From the NCBI GenBank assembly GCA_964497535.1, contig CAZCCG010000002.1, forward strand, positions 234,972 to 298,971: a stretch of 64,000 nucleotides of DNA, written 5' to 3'. The stretch comes from an uncultured Gammaproteobacteria bacterium. GTDB lineage: Bacteria > Patescibacteriota > Microgenomatia > Levybacterales > UBA12049. The notes beneath the pieces were generated by a model. It worked only from the letters and a program-made list of their open reading frames with translations, ran no database searches and had not been told where the DNA came from. Position numbers and translations under genes: made by a program. Below are positions 50,435 to 57,866 of the stretch, one piece after another; the stretch's first letter is position 1, and every line of letters begins with the position of its first letter.

Positions 50435-51949
50435 CTACTTGGCAGGAATAATCTGATAGATGTTGAGATAATTATTCGAGTCTCCCTTTTTAATACTCAA
50501 TACGTTCTTTACCGGCCAGCTAAGAGGCGCAACACCAAATCCCTGACATGAAGGACAGGGTTGATAAAATAAAAAGTATGTTGGCATTTTCTTGGCAATT
50601 GTCATAACATCTGCCGGAGGAACGTCTTGAGTCGGCCAGTATCCTTTGATTGTAACATTCGGATCAGATTGGAAATACATCTCCAAAGCAAATGGCATCA
50701 ACCCAAAAGTACCCTGAGTTGCTATATAGATCGGCCCGTTTTGAGATTGCTCTTTAAAAAACGTAATTGATTCTTTCACTCCGACACCTGCCGGCCAACC
50801 GACAACAAATTGATCCAAATCAGTTTGGGGAATTGGTGCGCGAGCAAGATTCGTTATAATGAAAAAATCTGCATAGAGATACCACAAGAATAAAATGCCG
50901 ACAATAAATGCTTTTGCTTTTAACTTTTCTTTAAGTTTGACTATGACAAAAGCCATAACTGGCAACAACGGCAGCGTCATCAAAAGAATATGCCGAGGAT
51001 AAATGACTTTCCCGAAAAATGCAAAATATGTGATAGGAATACCAAAAGCGAGAAAACAAAATAGGATTTCTCTCCAGTGCTTTTTGCCATAGAAGAAAAC
51101 TCCAACCAAAAGAATAAGGGGAATTGACATATAGATAGCTAACCAATTCAAAAGCCCTTTTGTGTTACCAAACACAAATGCAAATGGTTCATGTATCCAA
51201 TCTTTTATCGGATACACAAATGTGGTATTTTTCTCATCAATGATATGGAAAAAAGGAGAAAGCCGCAGAACCGAATAATATACATATGCCAAAACTGAGG
51301 CAATAACCGCATACGTAATCCACTGTCGTAACCTCTTCCCTCTTTCTTTTTCTTTCCAATCAAATAATAACAATGTAAACGGTAAAAAGGCGCTCGTAAA
51401 AAATGCATTAGTTTTGGTAAGCATACCTCCACCCAAAACGAGAGCTAATATAAAGGAGATATCCAGACGCACTCTTCGTACCAAAAGCACTTCAACATAC
51501 AATCCCCATATATAAAATGCCCCCACCAGACTGTCATACAAAGCCATTCGATCATACACCAGCCCAAAGGGATAAATGAGGTAGATTCCGGCAGATATAA
51601 TACCAACCCATTTATTTTTAAAAAGCTCTTTCCCGAAAAAGAATAATCCCAGCATGGTTCCAAATCCGGCAAAAACAGAAACAATTCTTCCGGCAAATAA
51701 CGGATCATGGAAGATTTTAAACATAGGCATCATCAGCCAAATGAAGAGTGGCTGTTTACCATCAGTAAGGGAAATAAATCTCCATGCCGCATCATTAGCC
51801 GCAATTTGTCCCCAACGAATGTAAATCGCTTCATCCGTAAAAATAGGAAGAGCAGTCAAGTTATACAAACGGGTAAGAAAATAAATAACGGTAAATCCAA
51901 GAAGAATGAGTGTTTCTGTTTGATATTTCTGAATGAGTTTATTGATCAT
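50435..51949 (-). CDS. ArnT-like (GT83/COG1807) GT-C glycosyltransferase.
   Basis: LPIFTDEAIYIRWGQIAANDAAWRFISLTDGKQPLFIWLMMP (DE motif plus KPPLf-like motif). 504 aa. Confidence 0.65.
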   Translation of the reverse strand: MINKLIQKYQTETLILLGFTVIYFLTRLYNLTALPIFTDEAIYIRWGQIAANDAAWRFISLTDGKQPLFIWLMMPMFKIFHDPLFAGRIVSVFAGFGTMLGLFFFGKELFKNKWVGIISAGIYLIYPFGLVYDRMALYDSLVGAFYIWGLYVEVLLVRRVRLDISFILALVLGGGMLTKTNAFFTSAFLPFTLLLFDWKEKERGKRLRQWITYAVIASVLAYVYYSVLRLSPFFHIIDEKNTTFVYPIKDWIHEPFAFVFGNTKGLLNWLAIYMSIPLILLVGVFFYGKKHWREILFCFLAFGIPITYFAFFGKVIYPRHILLMTLPLLPVMAFVIVKLKEKLKAKAFIVGILFLWYLYADFFIITNLARAPIPQTDLDQFVVGWPAGVGVKESITFFKEQSQNGPIYIATQGTFGLMPFALEMYFQSDPNVTIKGYWPTQDVPPADVMTIAKKMPTYFLFYQPCPSCQGFGVAPLSWPVKNVLSIKKGDSNNYLNIYQIIPAK

Positions 51950-52017
51950 ATTTTATTCTTCGAACGAAGTGAGAAGTAAATCGTAATAGTTCTCGCTGAC
52001 ACTCGAACAATATGTAC

Positions 52018-53229
52018 TTATTTTACCACTTTTGATGAGCGTAAAGCCAACATAGAAACTCCTGTTGTAAACACAGAAATAAGAATAGAAACGACCAGCA
52101 GTATCTGCATAATCTGCGGAATGGGGGGATCATAATTACCGGTATAGAAAAAGGGGATATATTGAAACAGTGCCAAAAAAGTAATAGTTATAACCCCAAC
52201 TGCAACAATATATTTATTCGCGACCAAAGCAGCAATAGGCACCAGGAATAGGAGGTACCACGGCTGAAATGTAGTACGGAGTGAAGCAAAGACTACCGGG
52301 AGAACCATAAGATAGGTAAGGATGATAAAAAACTGTTCCCATTGTATTGATTTTGATCGAGATAAGACAAACAAACCGATTGCCGCAACAACCAATACGG
52401 CAATATGAATAGGCACTGGAATTGTATCTGCTGCTATTTTAACTCCATAAAAAAGGACAAAGAAAATCCACGCGGCTATATAGTTTTTTTTGACAACAAA
52501 AAACAAAGATACTACTGCAAAAAACATCATAACAATATCGTTGTGAGCTGAGACCAAACCTTCAATGATAACAAAAGGATTGAGTGCAAAAAAAGCAACA
52601 CCTAACAACTGTTCTTTTGGCCGAACTGTTTTTAGAATTTTTCCGATAAAATATGCTGTGCCTATATAGGCTGCTAATGCGATGAATTTAAATAAGAAGA
52701 ACGTCGGCACGAAATACCCCCAACCAATAAAAGAAGCTGGAATTGTAATACCAAGCCACACTGGACCATAGGGATATGTCCGATGTGTCCAATGCATAAA
52801 GGAAAGCATAGGATCACCGGGAAAATCCAAAGCCTTGTGATCGTAGGGATTAAGATGATAATGGGTGACAATCTTTGCGTCAAAAATGTAGTTGAAAAGA
52901 TCATAAGAAAATGCATTATAAGAAACTGCCCCAACCAACGCAGTAATAAAAATAAGTGTCCAAATGGTTTTTGATGAAAATTTTTTAATGTTTTTAAGAA
53001 TCAGCAGGTAGGAAATTAATAATAGAGAAAAAACAGCAATAACTAGAACTGCAGATAAAGGCCGATTAAAATAGCCGATATATTGAAATGATTTTTCCAG
53101 ACTTTGGATAATGGAACTGCGCGAAACGGTAAGACTGAGGTCAATTTGAGTGAAGGAATAAAGAAATAACCCTCCCAAACTAAATAAATATAACCCAATA
53201 AGAAGTTTTTTAAATTTGAAATTTGACAT
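52018..53229 (-). CDS. DUF2029/GT87-like polytopic membrane glycosyltransferase.
   Basis: DLFNYIFDAKIVTHYHLNPYDH...RTYPYGPVW...NPFVIIEGLVSAHND resemble the D..F / NPY / YPP / HND conserved positions of the DUF2029 (PimE-like) family. Confidence 0.5.
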   Translation of the reverse strand: MSNFKFKKLLIGLYLFSLGGLFLYSFTQIDLSLTVSRSSIIQSLEKSFQYIGYFNRPLSAVLVIAVFSLLLISYLLILKNIKKFSSKTIWTLIFITALVGAVSYNAFSYDLFNYIFDAKIVTHYHLNPYDHKALDFPGDPMLSFMHWTHRTYPYGPVWLGITIPASFIGWGYFVPTFFLFKFIALAAYIGTAYFIGKILKTVRPKEQLLGVAFFALNPFVIIEGLVSAHNDIVMMFFAVVSLFFVVKKNYIAAWIFFVLFYGVKIAADTIPVPIHIAVLVVAAIGLFVLSRSKSIQWEQFFIILTYLMVLPVVFASLRTTFQPWYLLFLVPIAALVANKYIVAVGVITITFLALFQYIPFFYTGNYDPPIPQIMQILLVVSILISVFTTGVSMLALRSSKVVK

Positions 53230-53253
53230 TTGAAATTGGTATTTATTGAAAAT

Positions 53254-54015
53254 TTACTTGTATACTCCATTCAAACTATTCATCTTAATTTTCAAAAGAT
53301 CCAGTACCCCATCAATAGAATCGGTAATGGGATTTACCCGGCGTGTCTCAACATATAACCAGCTGACCGGTACTTCTTTTATTTTGTAGCTCATCTTTTG
53401 TGCCAGATACAATAGTTCAATATCAAATCCTGAAGTAACCGATGAACCTGAGATTGCAGCAAATCCATTATGGATATTTTTGATCTTTGAAAATAATGTA
53501 TGCGCGGCATCCTTTGTAAAAGCTTTGAAGCCACACTGAGTATCTGATAAATCAGGCAATCCTACTATTAATTTTCTCAGTACTATTGATGAACGGGAAA
53601 TAAAAAGACGAATTAGGGGCGCGCCTTTGCGTCGGGTACTGCGTGATCCGATTACCACGTCATATCCTTGATTAAAGTATGGCAGTATTTTTTCTACTTC
53701 TTCAATAGGAGTTGCCTGATCCATATCGGTAAAAAGGATATACTCACCTGTGGCAGCCAGGACTCCGGTTGTTACTGCGCCGGCTTTGCCGGTATGGGAA
53801 TTTTTGATAAGCTTGAAATGTGGATTTTCTTTGACGAACTTCTCTACAAACTCTATACTGCCGTCTTTTGACCCATCATCAACCACAATTACTTCATATG
53901 AATAGCTTTGTTTACCCAGATAGTGATCAACTTTATCCAGAACGCCTTTTTGCAGATTCGCCATTTCGTCATAGGAGGGAATTACAACCGAGAGGAATAT
54001 TGTTTTCACACTCAA
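53254..54015 (-). CDS. GT2 polyprenyl-phosphate glycosyltransferase-like. First gene of the 32.7-54 kb operon.
   Basis: LSVVIPSYDEMANLQKGVLD...YEVIVVDDGSKDGSIEF...FTDMDQATPIEEV. Confidence 0.85.
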   Translation of the reverse strand: MSVKTIFLSVVIPSYDEMANLQKGVLDKVDHYLGKQSYSYEVIVVDDGSKDGSIEFVEKFVKENPHFKLIKNSHTGKAGAVTTGVLAATGEYILFTDMDQATPIEEVEKILPYFNQGYDVVIGSRSTRRKGAPLIRLFISRSSIVLRKLIVGLPDLSDTQCGFKAFTKDAAHTLFSKIKNIHNGFAAISGSSVTSGFDIELLYLAQKMSYKIKEVPVSWLYVETRRVNPITDSIDGVLDLLKIKMNSLNGVYK

Positions 54016-54078
54016 AATTATACTAAAAATACCCGTGCGTTACAAACGGCAGAGATACCTATCGCCTTGTGATTGAAG

Positions 54079-54099
54079 CTGTATTGAGGTAAAATACAG
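54079..54099. other. Perfect 7-bp stem / 7-nt loop hairpin (CTGTATT-gaggtaa-AATACAG) immediately 5' of the tRNA-fragment element.
   Basis: Inverted repeat read directly from sequence. Confidence 0.4.
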
Positions 54100-54106
54100 A
54101 GGCCAC

Positions 54107-54184
54107 GGCCCCATCGTTCCCGATGGCTTACAGCCATCGAGGATCCTCGATGACAACGATCATCGGGACTAGTGGCCTAGGACA
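54107..54184 (+). other. Partial 5' duplicate of tRNA-Glu (positions 1-11 and 12-27) interrupted by a 51-nt nested-palindrome insert at the D-loop position. Likely pseudo-tRNA or structured RNA.
   Basis: GGCCCCATCGT (54107-54117) and CTAGTGGCCTAGGACA (54169-54184) are identical to the 5' 27 nt of the intact tRNA 321 nt downstream. Insert TCCCGATG...CATCGGGA contains the perfect palindrome ATCGAGGATCCTCGAT, a GGCT-tac-AGCC hairpin and a CCATCG/CGATGG pair. The whole element is additionally closed by AGGCCAC (54100-54106) / GTGGCCT (54172-54178). Confidence 0.5.
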
Positions 54185-54190
54185 AACGGA

Positions 54191-54442
54191 ATGTATACTT
54201 ATATTCTGAAAAGTCATCAGAATGGGAAATATTATATTGGTAGTACTACTGATATAAAAAATAGAGTTAAATCCCATAACAAAGGTTATTCTAAATACAC
54301 TAAAAGCAGAGGCCCATTCGATTTAATTTACAAAGAAGAATATAATACACTATCAGAGGCAAGAAAAAGAGAAAGTTATCTGAAATCACTCAAAAGTAGA
54401 AAAGCACTTGAAAAAATAATTAAAAACGGCCCCATCGTCTAG
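54191..54442 (+). CDS. GIY-YIG nuclease family protein (small, domain-only, 83 aa).
   Basis: YILKSHQNGKYYIGSTTDIKNRVKSHNKG...EARKRESYLKS matches the GIY-(x10)-YIG motif, catalytic Arg and conserved Glu. The last five codons (NGPIV-stop) are templated by nt 1-15 of the tRNA-Glu gene. Confidence 0.75.
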   Translation: MYTYILKSHQNGKYYIGSTTDIKNRVKSHNKGYSKYTKSRGPFDLIYKEEYNTLSEARKRESYLKSLKSRKALEKIIKNGPIV

Positions 54443-54500
54443 TGGCCTAGGACATCAGGTTCTCATCCTGAAAACTTGGATTCGAATTCCAATGGGGTCA
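54428..54500 (+). tRNA. tRNA-Glu (anticodon CUC).
   Basis: Manual cloverleaf: acceptor GGCCCCA/TGGGGTC (one G-U), D-arm, anticodon stem TCAGG/CCTGA with loop TTCTCAT (CTC at 54462-54464, U33, A37), variable loop AAAC, T-arm TTGGA-TTCGAAT-TCCAA, discriminator A. CCA not encoded. Strong similarity to bacterial tRNA-Glu D-arm (TCGTCTAGTGGCCTAGGAC). Confidence 0.85.
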
Positions 54501-54508
54501 CTAAAATT

Positions 54509-54781
54509 TTAAACTTTTTTATACTTCCAATAGAGATATTTCCCTATAATTAGGATCCATGCAAGTCCATAAAAAAATACAATTGTTGTTATATAAAACC
54601 AGGAATTAAGTGGCGCTAAAATTACTAAAGGGAAAAATAAAGGAATAAGAAGTAAAATGATAAATGCTATTGTAGCGCCTATTAAAAATTGCTTATTAGT
54701 AGTTAATTTACCTTCAGTATGGAAATCAGAATATTTAGTAATAGGTTCTTTAAGAAAATTTCCAAATGAATAATATTTCAC
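54509..54781 (-). CDS. Small 2-TM membrane protein (90 aa), paralogous to 55012-55296.
   Basis: N-terminal NFLKEPITKYSDF motif followed by two hydrophobic helices. Confidence 0.5.
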   Translation of the reverse strand: MKYYSFGNFLKEPITKYSDFHTEGKLTTNKQFLIGATIAFIILLLIPLFFPLVILAPLNSWFYITTIVFFYGLAWILIIGKYLYWKYKKV

Positions 54782-55011
54782 TACTTTAACTTTAACATAT
54801 TACTAGATAGTTATGAAATATTTTTAGTAAATAAATGAAAATACTTCACAAGATCAGGTATAACAAAATTCCGACCCTCGACCCTTTGGGTCGCTCAAAG
54901 CTATATTTTCTCTCGTGTGAAAACTTATCCGTTTTTCGAAGCTAAAATTGTTCGAAATACACTTTGGTTGTTTCCCTTGACATAAGTTCTAAAGTTTGAA
55001 ATGCTCTAATA

Positions 55012-55296
55012 GTGAAAAAGAAATATACAGTTATTGATTATTTAAAAGAACCACAAACTTTTTATGAAGGGTTTTCCCCTTTTAAAGCTCCTCCCTGGCG
55101 TATAATTCTCTATTGGCTCTTATTTGTATGTGGAATAACTTGGATTATGTTGAATTATGCAGATACATGGATGTTAGACACTTATAAACCTATAATCGTA
55201 TATGGAACAATCTTTATTATTATATATAATGTTCTCCGTTATTTTTATAGAAGACAACAAGTTTTGAGTAATACAAAAAATAAAAAACGATTCTAA
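55012..55296 (+). CDS. Small 2-TM membrane protein (94 aa, GTG start), paralogous to 54509-54781 and divergently oriented.
   Basis: DYLKEPQTFYEGF motif plus two hydrophobic helices. Its stop codon lies inside the 13-mer GATTCTAATACCC that opens direct repeat 1. Confidence 0.5.
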   Translation: MKKKYTVIDYLKEPQTFYEGFSPFKAPPWRIILYWLLFVCGITWIMLNYADTWMLDTYKPIIVYGTIFIIIYNVLRYFYRRQQVLSNTKNKKRF

Positions 55297-55395
55297 TACC
55301 CTATGGTAGTAAGAACTGAAGAAGAACTTGCCTCAGAATAAATTACACTCTTCCAAGCTTCCAAAGAACCCCTTATCTGGTTCCAATTCTGAATA
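55291..55395. repeat. Imperfect direct repeat copy 1 (about 100 bp).
   Basis: Shares GATTCTAATACCC ... ACTGAAGA ... CCAA-GAAC-CC--ATCTGGTTCCAATTC with 55861-55950. Confidence 0.55.
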
Positions 55396-55474
55396 CTAGC
55401 GTCACTGCAAGGCCGAAGATTCGGCCAAGATACATGAAATAATCTCAGGCAATGATCTACTCACACAATGAACG

Positions 55475-55771
55475 TCACGATTCTAGTTCCTGATCGGTAA
55501 GCCCCAGAGCTTTGCCCAAAGCGATCGAGTCAGCCAAAGTTTGCTCAGGAGTACTCTCTTCAATAGCGTTCGTATCAACACCCAGTTTCTTAGCTAATGC
55601 GATCGAGTCAGCAAGCGTTTGTTGTGCTGTTGAAGTCGGTTCTAAATCTCGAGTTGTAGGTAACCCGAGCGTCCCCTCCAATCGTCCGATGTGGTAAACC
55701 AATTGCTGCTGTGTTCGATTCAACGACTCGCCAAGCGGTTGCTCAGGAGTAGATAAAGATCCTTTTTCCAT
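55475..55771 (-). CDS. Small hydrophilic protein (98 aa) containing an internal tandem repeat. Function unknown.
   Basis: Strong SD (AAGGAGGTG) 8 nt upstream of ATG. TTGACT-17-TAATAC promoter-like element upstream. Internal repeat PEQTLADSIALAKKLGVDTNAIEEST / PEQTLADSIALGKALGLTDQELES. G+C visibly higher than neighbours. Confidence 0.6.
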   Translation of the reverse strand: MEKGSLSTPEQPLGESLNRTQQQLVYHIGRLEGTLGLPTTRDLEPTSTAQQTLADSIALAKKLGVDTNAIEESTPEQTLADSIALGKALGLTDQELES

Positions 55772-55860
55772 ACATTATTCACCTCCTTATTCCATTAATA
55801 TCATGAACCATGTTGCTCAAGTATTACATTACTGATAACTGCAAGTCAATAATTGATAAG

Positions 55861-55950
55861 ATTCTAATACCCGTACTGAAGATGAAATAGGTTCAGGTTG
55901 GATAATACTTATTGCTCCAATGAACTCCGAATCTGGTTCCAATTCGAAAG
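55861..55950. repeat. Imperfect direct repeat copy 2 (about 90 bp).
   Basis: See copy 1. Exact 13-mer GATTCTAATACCC and 15-mer ATCTGGTTCCAATTC shared. Confidence 0.55.
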
Positions 55951-55968
55951 AATTAGGACCACAGGAGA

Positions 55969-56688
55969 CTAAAATAGAGTTTGTTTAAACCAATTTACTG
56001 TTGCAGATCTAAACTCTTCTCTCCAAGAATCTTGAGATAAGTCATGAGTTGCTCCTTTTATTTCAATCAATTCTTTTCTCTTCGGATGAACAGGTGCATT
56101 AAGAAATGCATTAATCATTTTAGCAGGGATTATAGAATCTTTCTCCGACTCAATAATTAATATATCTCCAGTAAAATTTACTAGACTTCGGATAGCAGGG
56201 GTATTAGTAATATCCGACATATTATTAAATTTATCTTTTTCTATTTGCATAAGTTGTGTAAGAGTCAAACCCATCATAGAATCAGTGTAAGTTGCAGGGG
56301 CACGAAGAACTAAACTTTTAACTTTCCTCTTGTTGCTTACATATGCTGAAATACCTCCTCCAAAACTAGCACCACACATTCCTATCCTTTCATCATCAAT
56401 AGACTCATTTTTTACTAAATAATCATAAGCTTGCAATCCATCTAAAAAACCGTCGTGGACTTTAAAACTATTCCCTTCCGTATTTGATACAGCATGACCA
56501 CGTAAATTAATAGTCAAAGTAATTATTCCAATTTCTGCTAATCTCTCCCCGAGTGGAATATAGTTCTTTTCACTACTACTGAATCCATGAATTAGAATAA
56601 CGCCTGGATTTTTATGTCTTACTGTTTGAGGCAGAATAAGCGTACCTTGTATAACTTTGCCCTTACTACCAAAATTCACTTTCTGCAT
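55969..56688 (-). CDS. Alpha/beta-fold hydrolase (dienelactone hydrolase / S9 peptidase-like).
   Basis: GVILIHGFSSS, nucleophile elbow GMCGASFGGG (G-x-S-x-G), C-terminal His region KGATHDL. 239 aa. Confidence 0.7.
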   Translation of the reverse strand: MQKVNFGSKGKVIQGTLILPQTVRHKNPGVILIHGFSSSEKNYIPLGERLAEIGIITLTINLRGHAVSNTEGNSFKVHDGFLDGLQAYDYLVKNESIDDERIGMCGASFGGGISAYVSNKRKVKSLVLRAPATYTDSMMGLTLTQLMQIEKDKFNNMSDITNTPAIRSLVNFTGDILIIESEKDSIIPAKMINAFLNAPVHPKRKELIEIKGATHDLSQDSWREEFRSATVNWFKQTLF

Positions 56689-56709
56689 AAATCGATTATA
56701 ACATCTCTT

Positions 56710-56757
56710 TTGACTTCAGTATTATCCTCTAGTATAATCTCCTCCGTACATTGATAG
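56710..56757 (+). promoter_or_regulatory. Sigma70-like promoter A: TTGACT-17-TATAAT followed after 7 nt by the conserved 12-mer GTACATTGATAG.
   Basis: -35 at 56710-56715, -10 at 56733-56738, 12-mer at 56746-56757. Drives the four-gene plus-strand cassette. Confidence 0.6.
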
Positions 56758-56789
56758 GTGCAGAAGAAGTATCCGAAAGGGGAACGGCA

Positions 56790-57212
56790 ATGCAAAAACA
56801 CCGCTGGGATGACACCACAATTGGTACCTACTGGACATGGGAGATGCCAGAGTTAGCTCGTGAGCTTCCAATCCTGCTTCAGAAAGCAGGCCGAGTCGAG
56901 ATTCTTTCAGAACCTGACTTCCTCACGCGAGTTGTTATCAGGGTGCATCTTCATCAACCAGCAAAGGTTATCGATTGGGGGCAAAACTGGGGAGACGGCG
57001 TAGCAATCAACTCCGCCACCTATGCATGTTTTTCCCGTGGCTTCTCGGCCAACATGAAGCGACTACCTCGCGAGGGAGATACAGTCATCGAACTCGATAT
57101 CGAGCTGGAGATGAGGACGTTTAAAGAGGGACAGGAAATCACACTCGATGACATGCGTAAAGCGCTTCATGAATTCGCTGAACAGATAACCAAAACATGG
57201 TACTATCACTAG
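56790..57212 (+). CDS. Hypothetical protein (140 aa), first gene of G+C-rich cassette. Start placed at ATG with SD AAAGGGG (the track's TTG start at 56751 is less likely).
   Basis: MQKHRWDDTTIGTYWTWEMPELAREL... No recognisable motif. About 50% G+C. Confidence 0.55.
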   Translation: MQKHRWDDTTIGTYWTWEMPELARELPILLQKAGRVEILSEPDFLTRVVIRVHLHQPAKVIDWGQNWGDGVAINSATYACFSRGFSANMKRLPREGDTVIELDIELEMRTFKEGQEITLDDMRKALHEFAEQITKTWYYH

Positions 57213-57262
57213 CACTCACGCAGTTCATCACTGCAATGCTAGTAGCTCAGAAAGGGGCAACC

Positions 57263-57658
57263 ATGACTACCGATCCCCCAGTCCCTGAAGGAATGGAATG
57301 GGTACGCAGGTCAACTGCTGTTTATCGTCTGGGAATATCCGAGAGAGCGATATCCCAACGGGTAAAGACGGGAAAACTACTCAAACGTGGTGGTCCTAGA
57401 ACTGGTCAGCCTGCGGAAGTGCTAGTTCCCATCCAGATGCAAGACTCTGTTCTTCAACAGTATAGTAAAGTGCTAGAGCAGGGCATCGAATATGGCAAAC
57501 TTCTGCAACAACGCGACCATTTACTCACTCGTCTAGGAGAAACAGAACGCCGGGCGCAAGATGCAGAAGCCAAACTCAGTCAAGCAATGTCAAAGTTGGC
57601 TCAGTATGAAGTGCTTATGAGTACCATAGCTCAATTGATTCCATCGCACCTACGATGA
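57263..57658 (+). CDS. HTH DNA-binding protein (excisionase/MerR-like N-terminal helix-turn-helix plus C-terminal coiled coil), 131 aa.
   Basis: SD AAAGGGG before ATG. WVRRSTAVYRLGISERAISQRVKTGKL is a typical HTH. C-terminal heptad-rich QQRDHLLTRLGETERRAQDAEAKLSQAMSKLAQYEVL. Confidence 0.55.
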   Translation: MTTDPPVPEGMEWVRRSTAVYRLGISERAISQRVKTGKLLKRGGPRTGQPAEVLVPIQMQDSVLQQYSKVLEQGIEYGKLLQQRDHLLTRLGETERRAQDAEAKLSQAMSKLAQYEVLMSTIAQLIPSHLR

Positions 57659-57669
57659 CTATTCTACTC

Positions 57670-57700
57670 GGGCACCCTTCGGGGTGCCCTCTTTCGTTTA
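57670..57700 (+). terminator. Rho-independent terminator: GGGCACCC-TTCG-GGGTGCCC followed by TCTTTCGTTTA.
   Basis: Perfect 8-bp GC-rich stem with TTCG tetraloop and U-rich tail, 12 nt after the HTH gene stop. Confidence 0.7.
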
Positions 57701-57733
57701 TCCTTCTTCAACCTCTCAAAAGATTCAATTACC

Positions 57734-57781
57734 TTTACTTCTTCCCTACTCTTTCCTATAATGCCATCTGTACATTGATAG
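57734..57781 (+). promoter_or_regulatory. Sigma70-like promoter B: TTTACT-17-TATAAT followed after 7 nt by GTACATTGATAG (identical 12-mer and spacing as promoter A).
   Basis: -35 at 57734-57739, -10 at 57757-57762, 12-mer at 57770-57781. Confidence 0.55.
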
Positions 57782-57866
57782 CGAAAATATACCGCTCTGG
57801 CATTATCTTTATAAGTTTGCTTGTAAAAATGATGCTGGGGCGGCAGCAGAAAGTGAGGAACCCTAT

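Noticed and set aside
54107-54500. Possibility that the two tRNA-Glu pieces are exons of one intron-containing tRNA (group I intron carrying the GIY-YIG ORF)
   Set aside because: The downstream copy is a complete 73-nt tRNA with both halves. The upstream piece lacks any anticodon or T arm. No splicing is therefore required, and partial duplication is the simpler reading.
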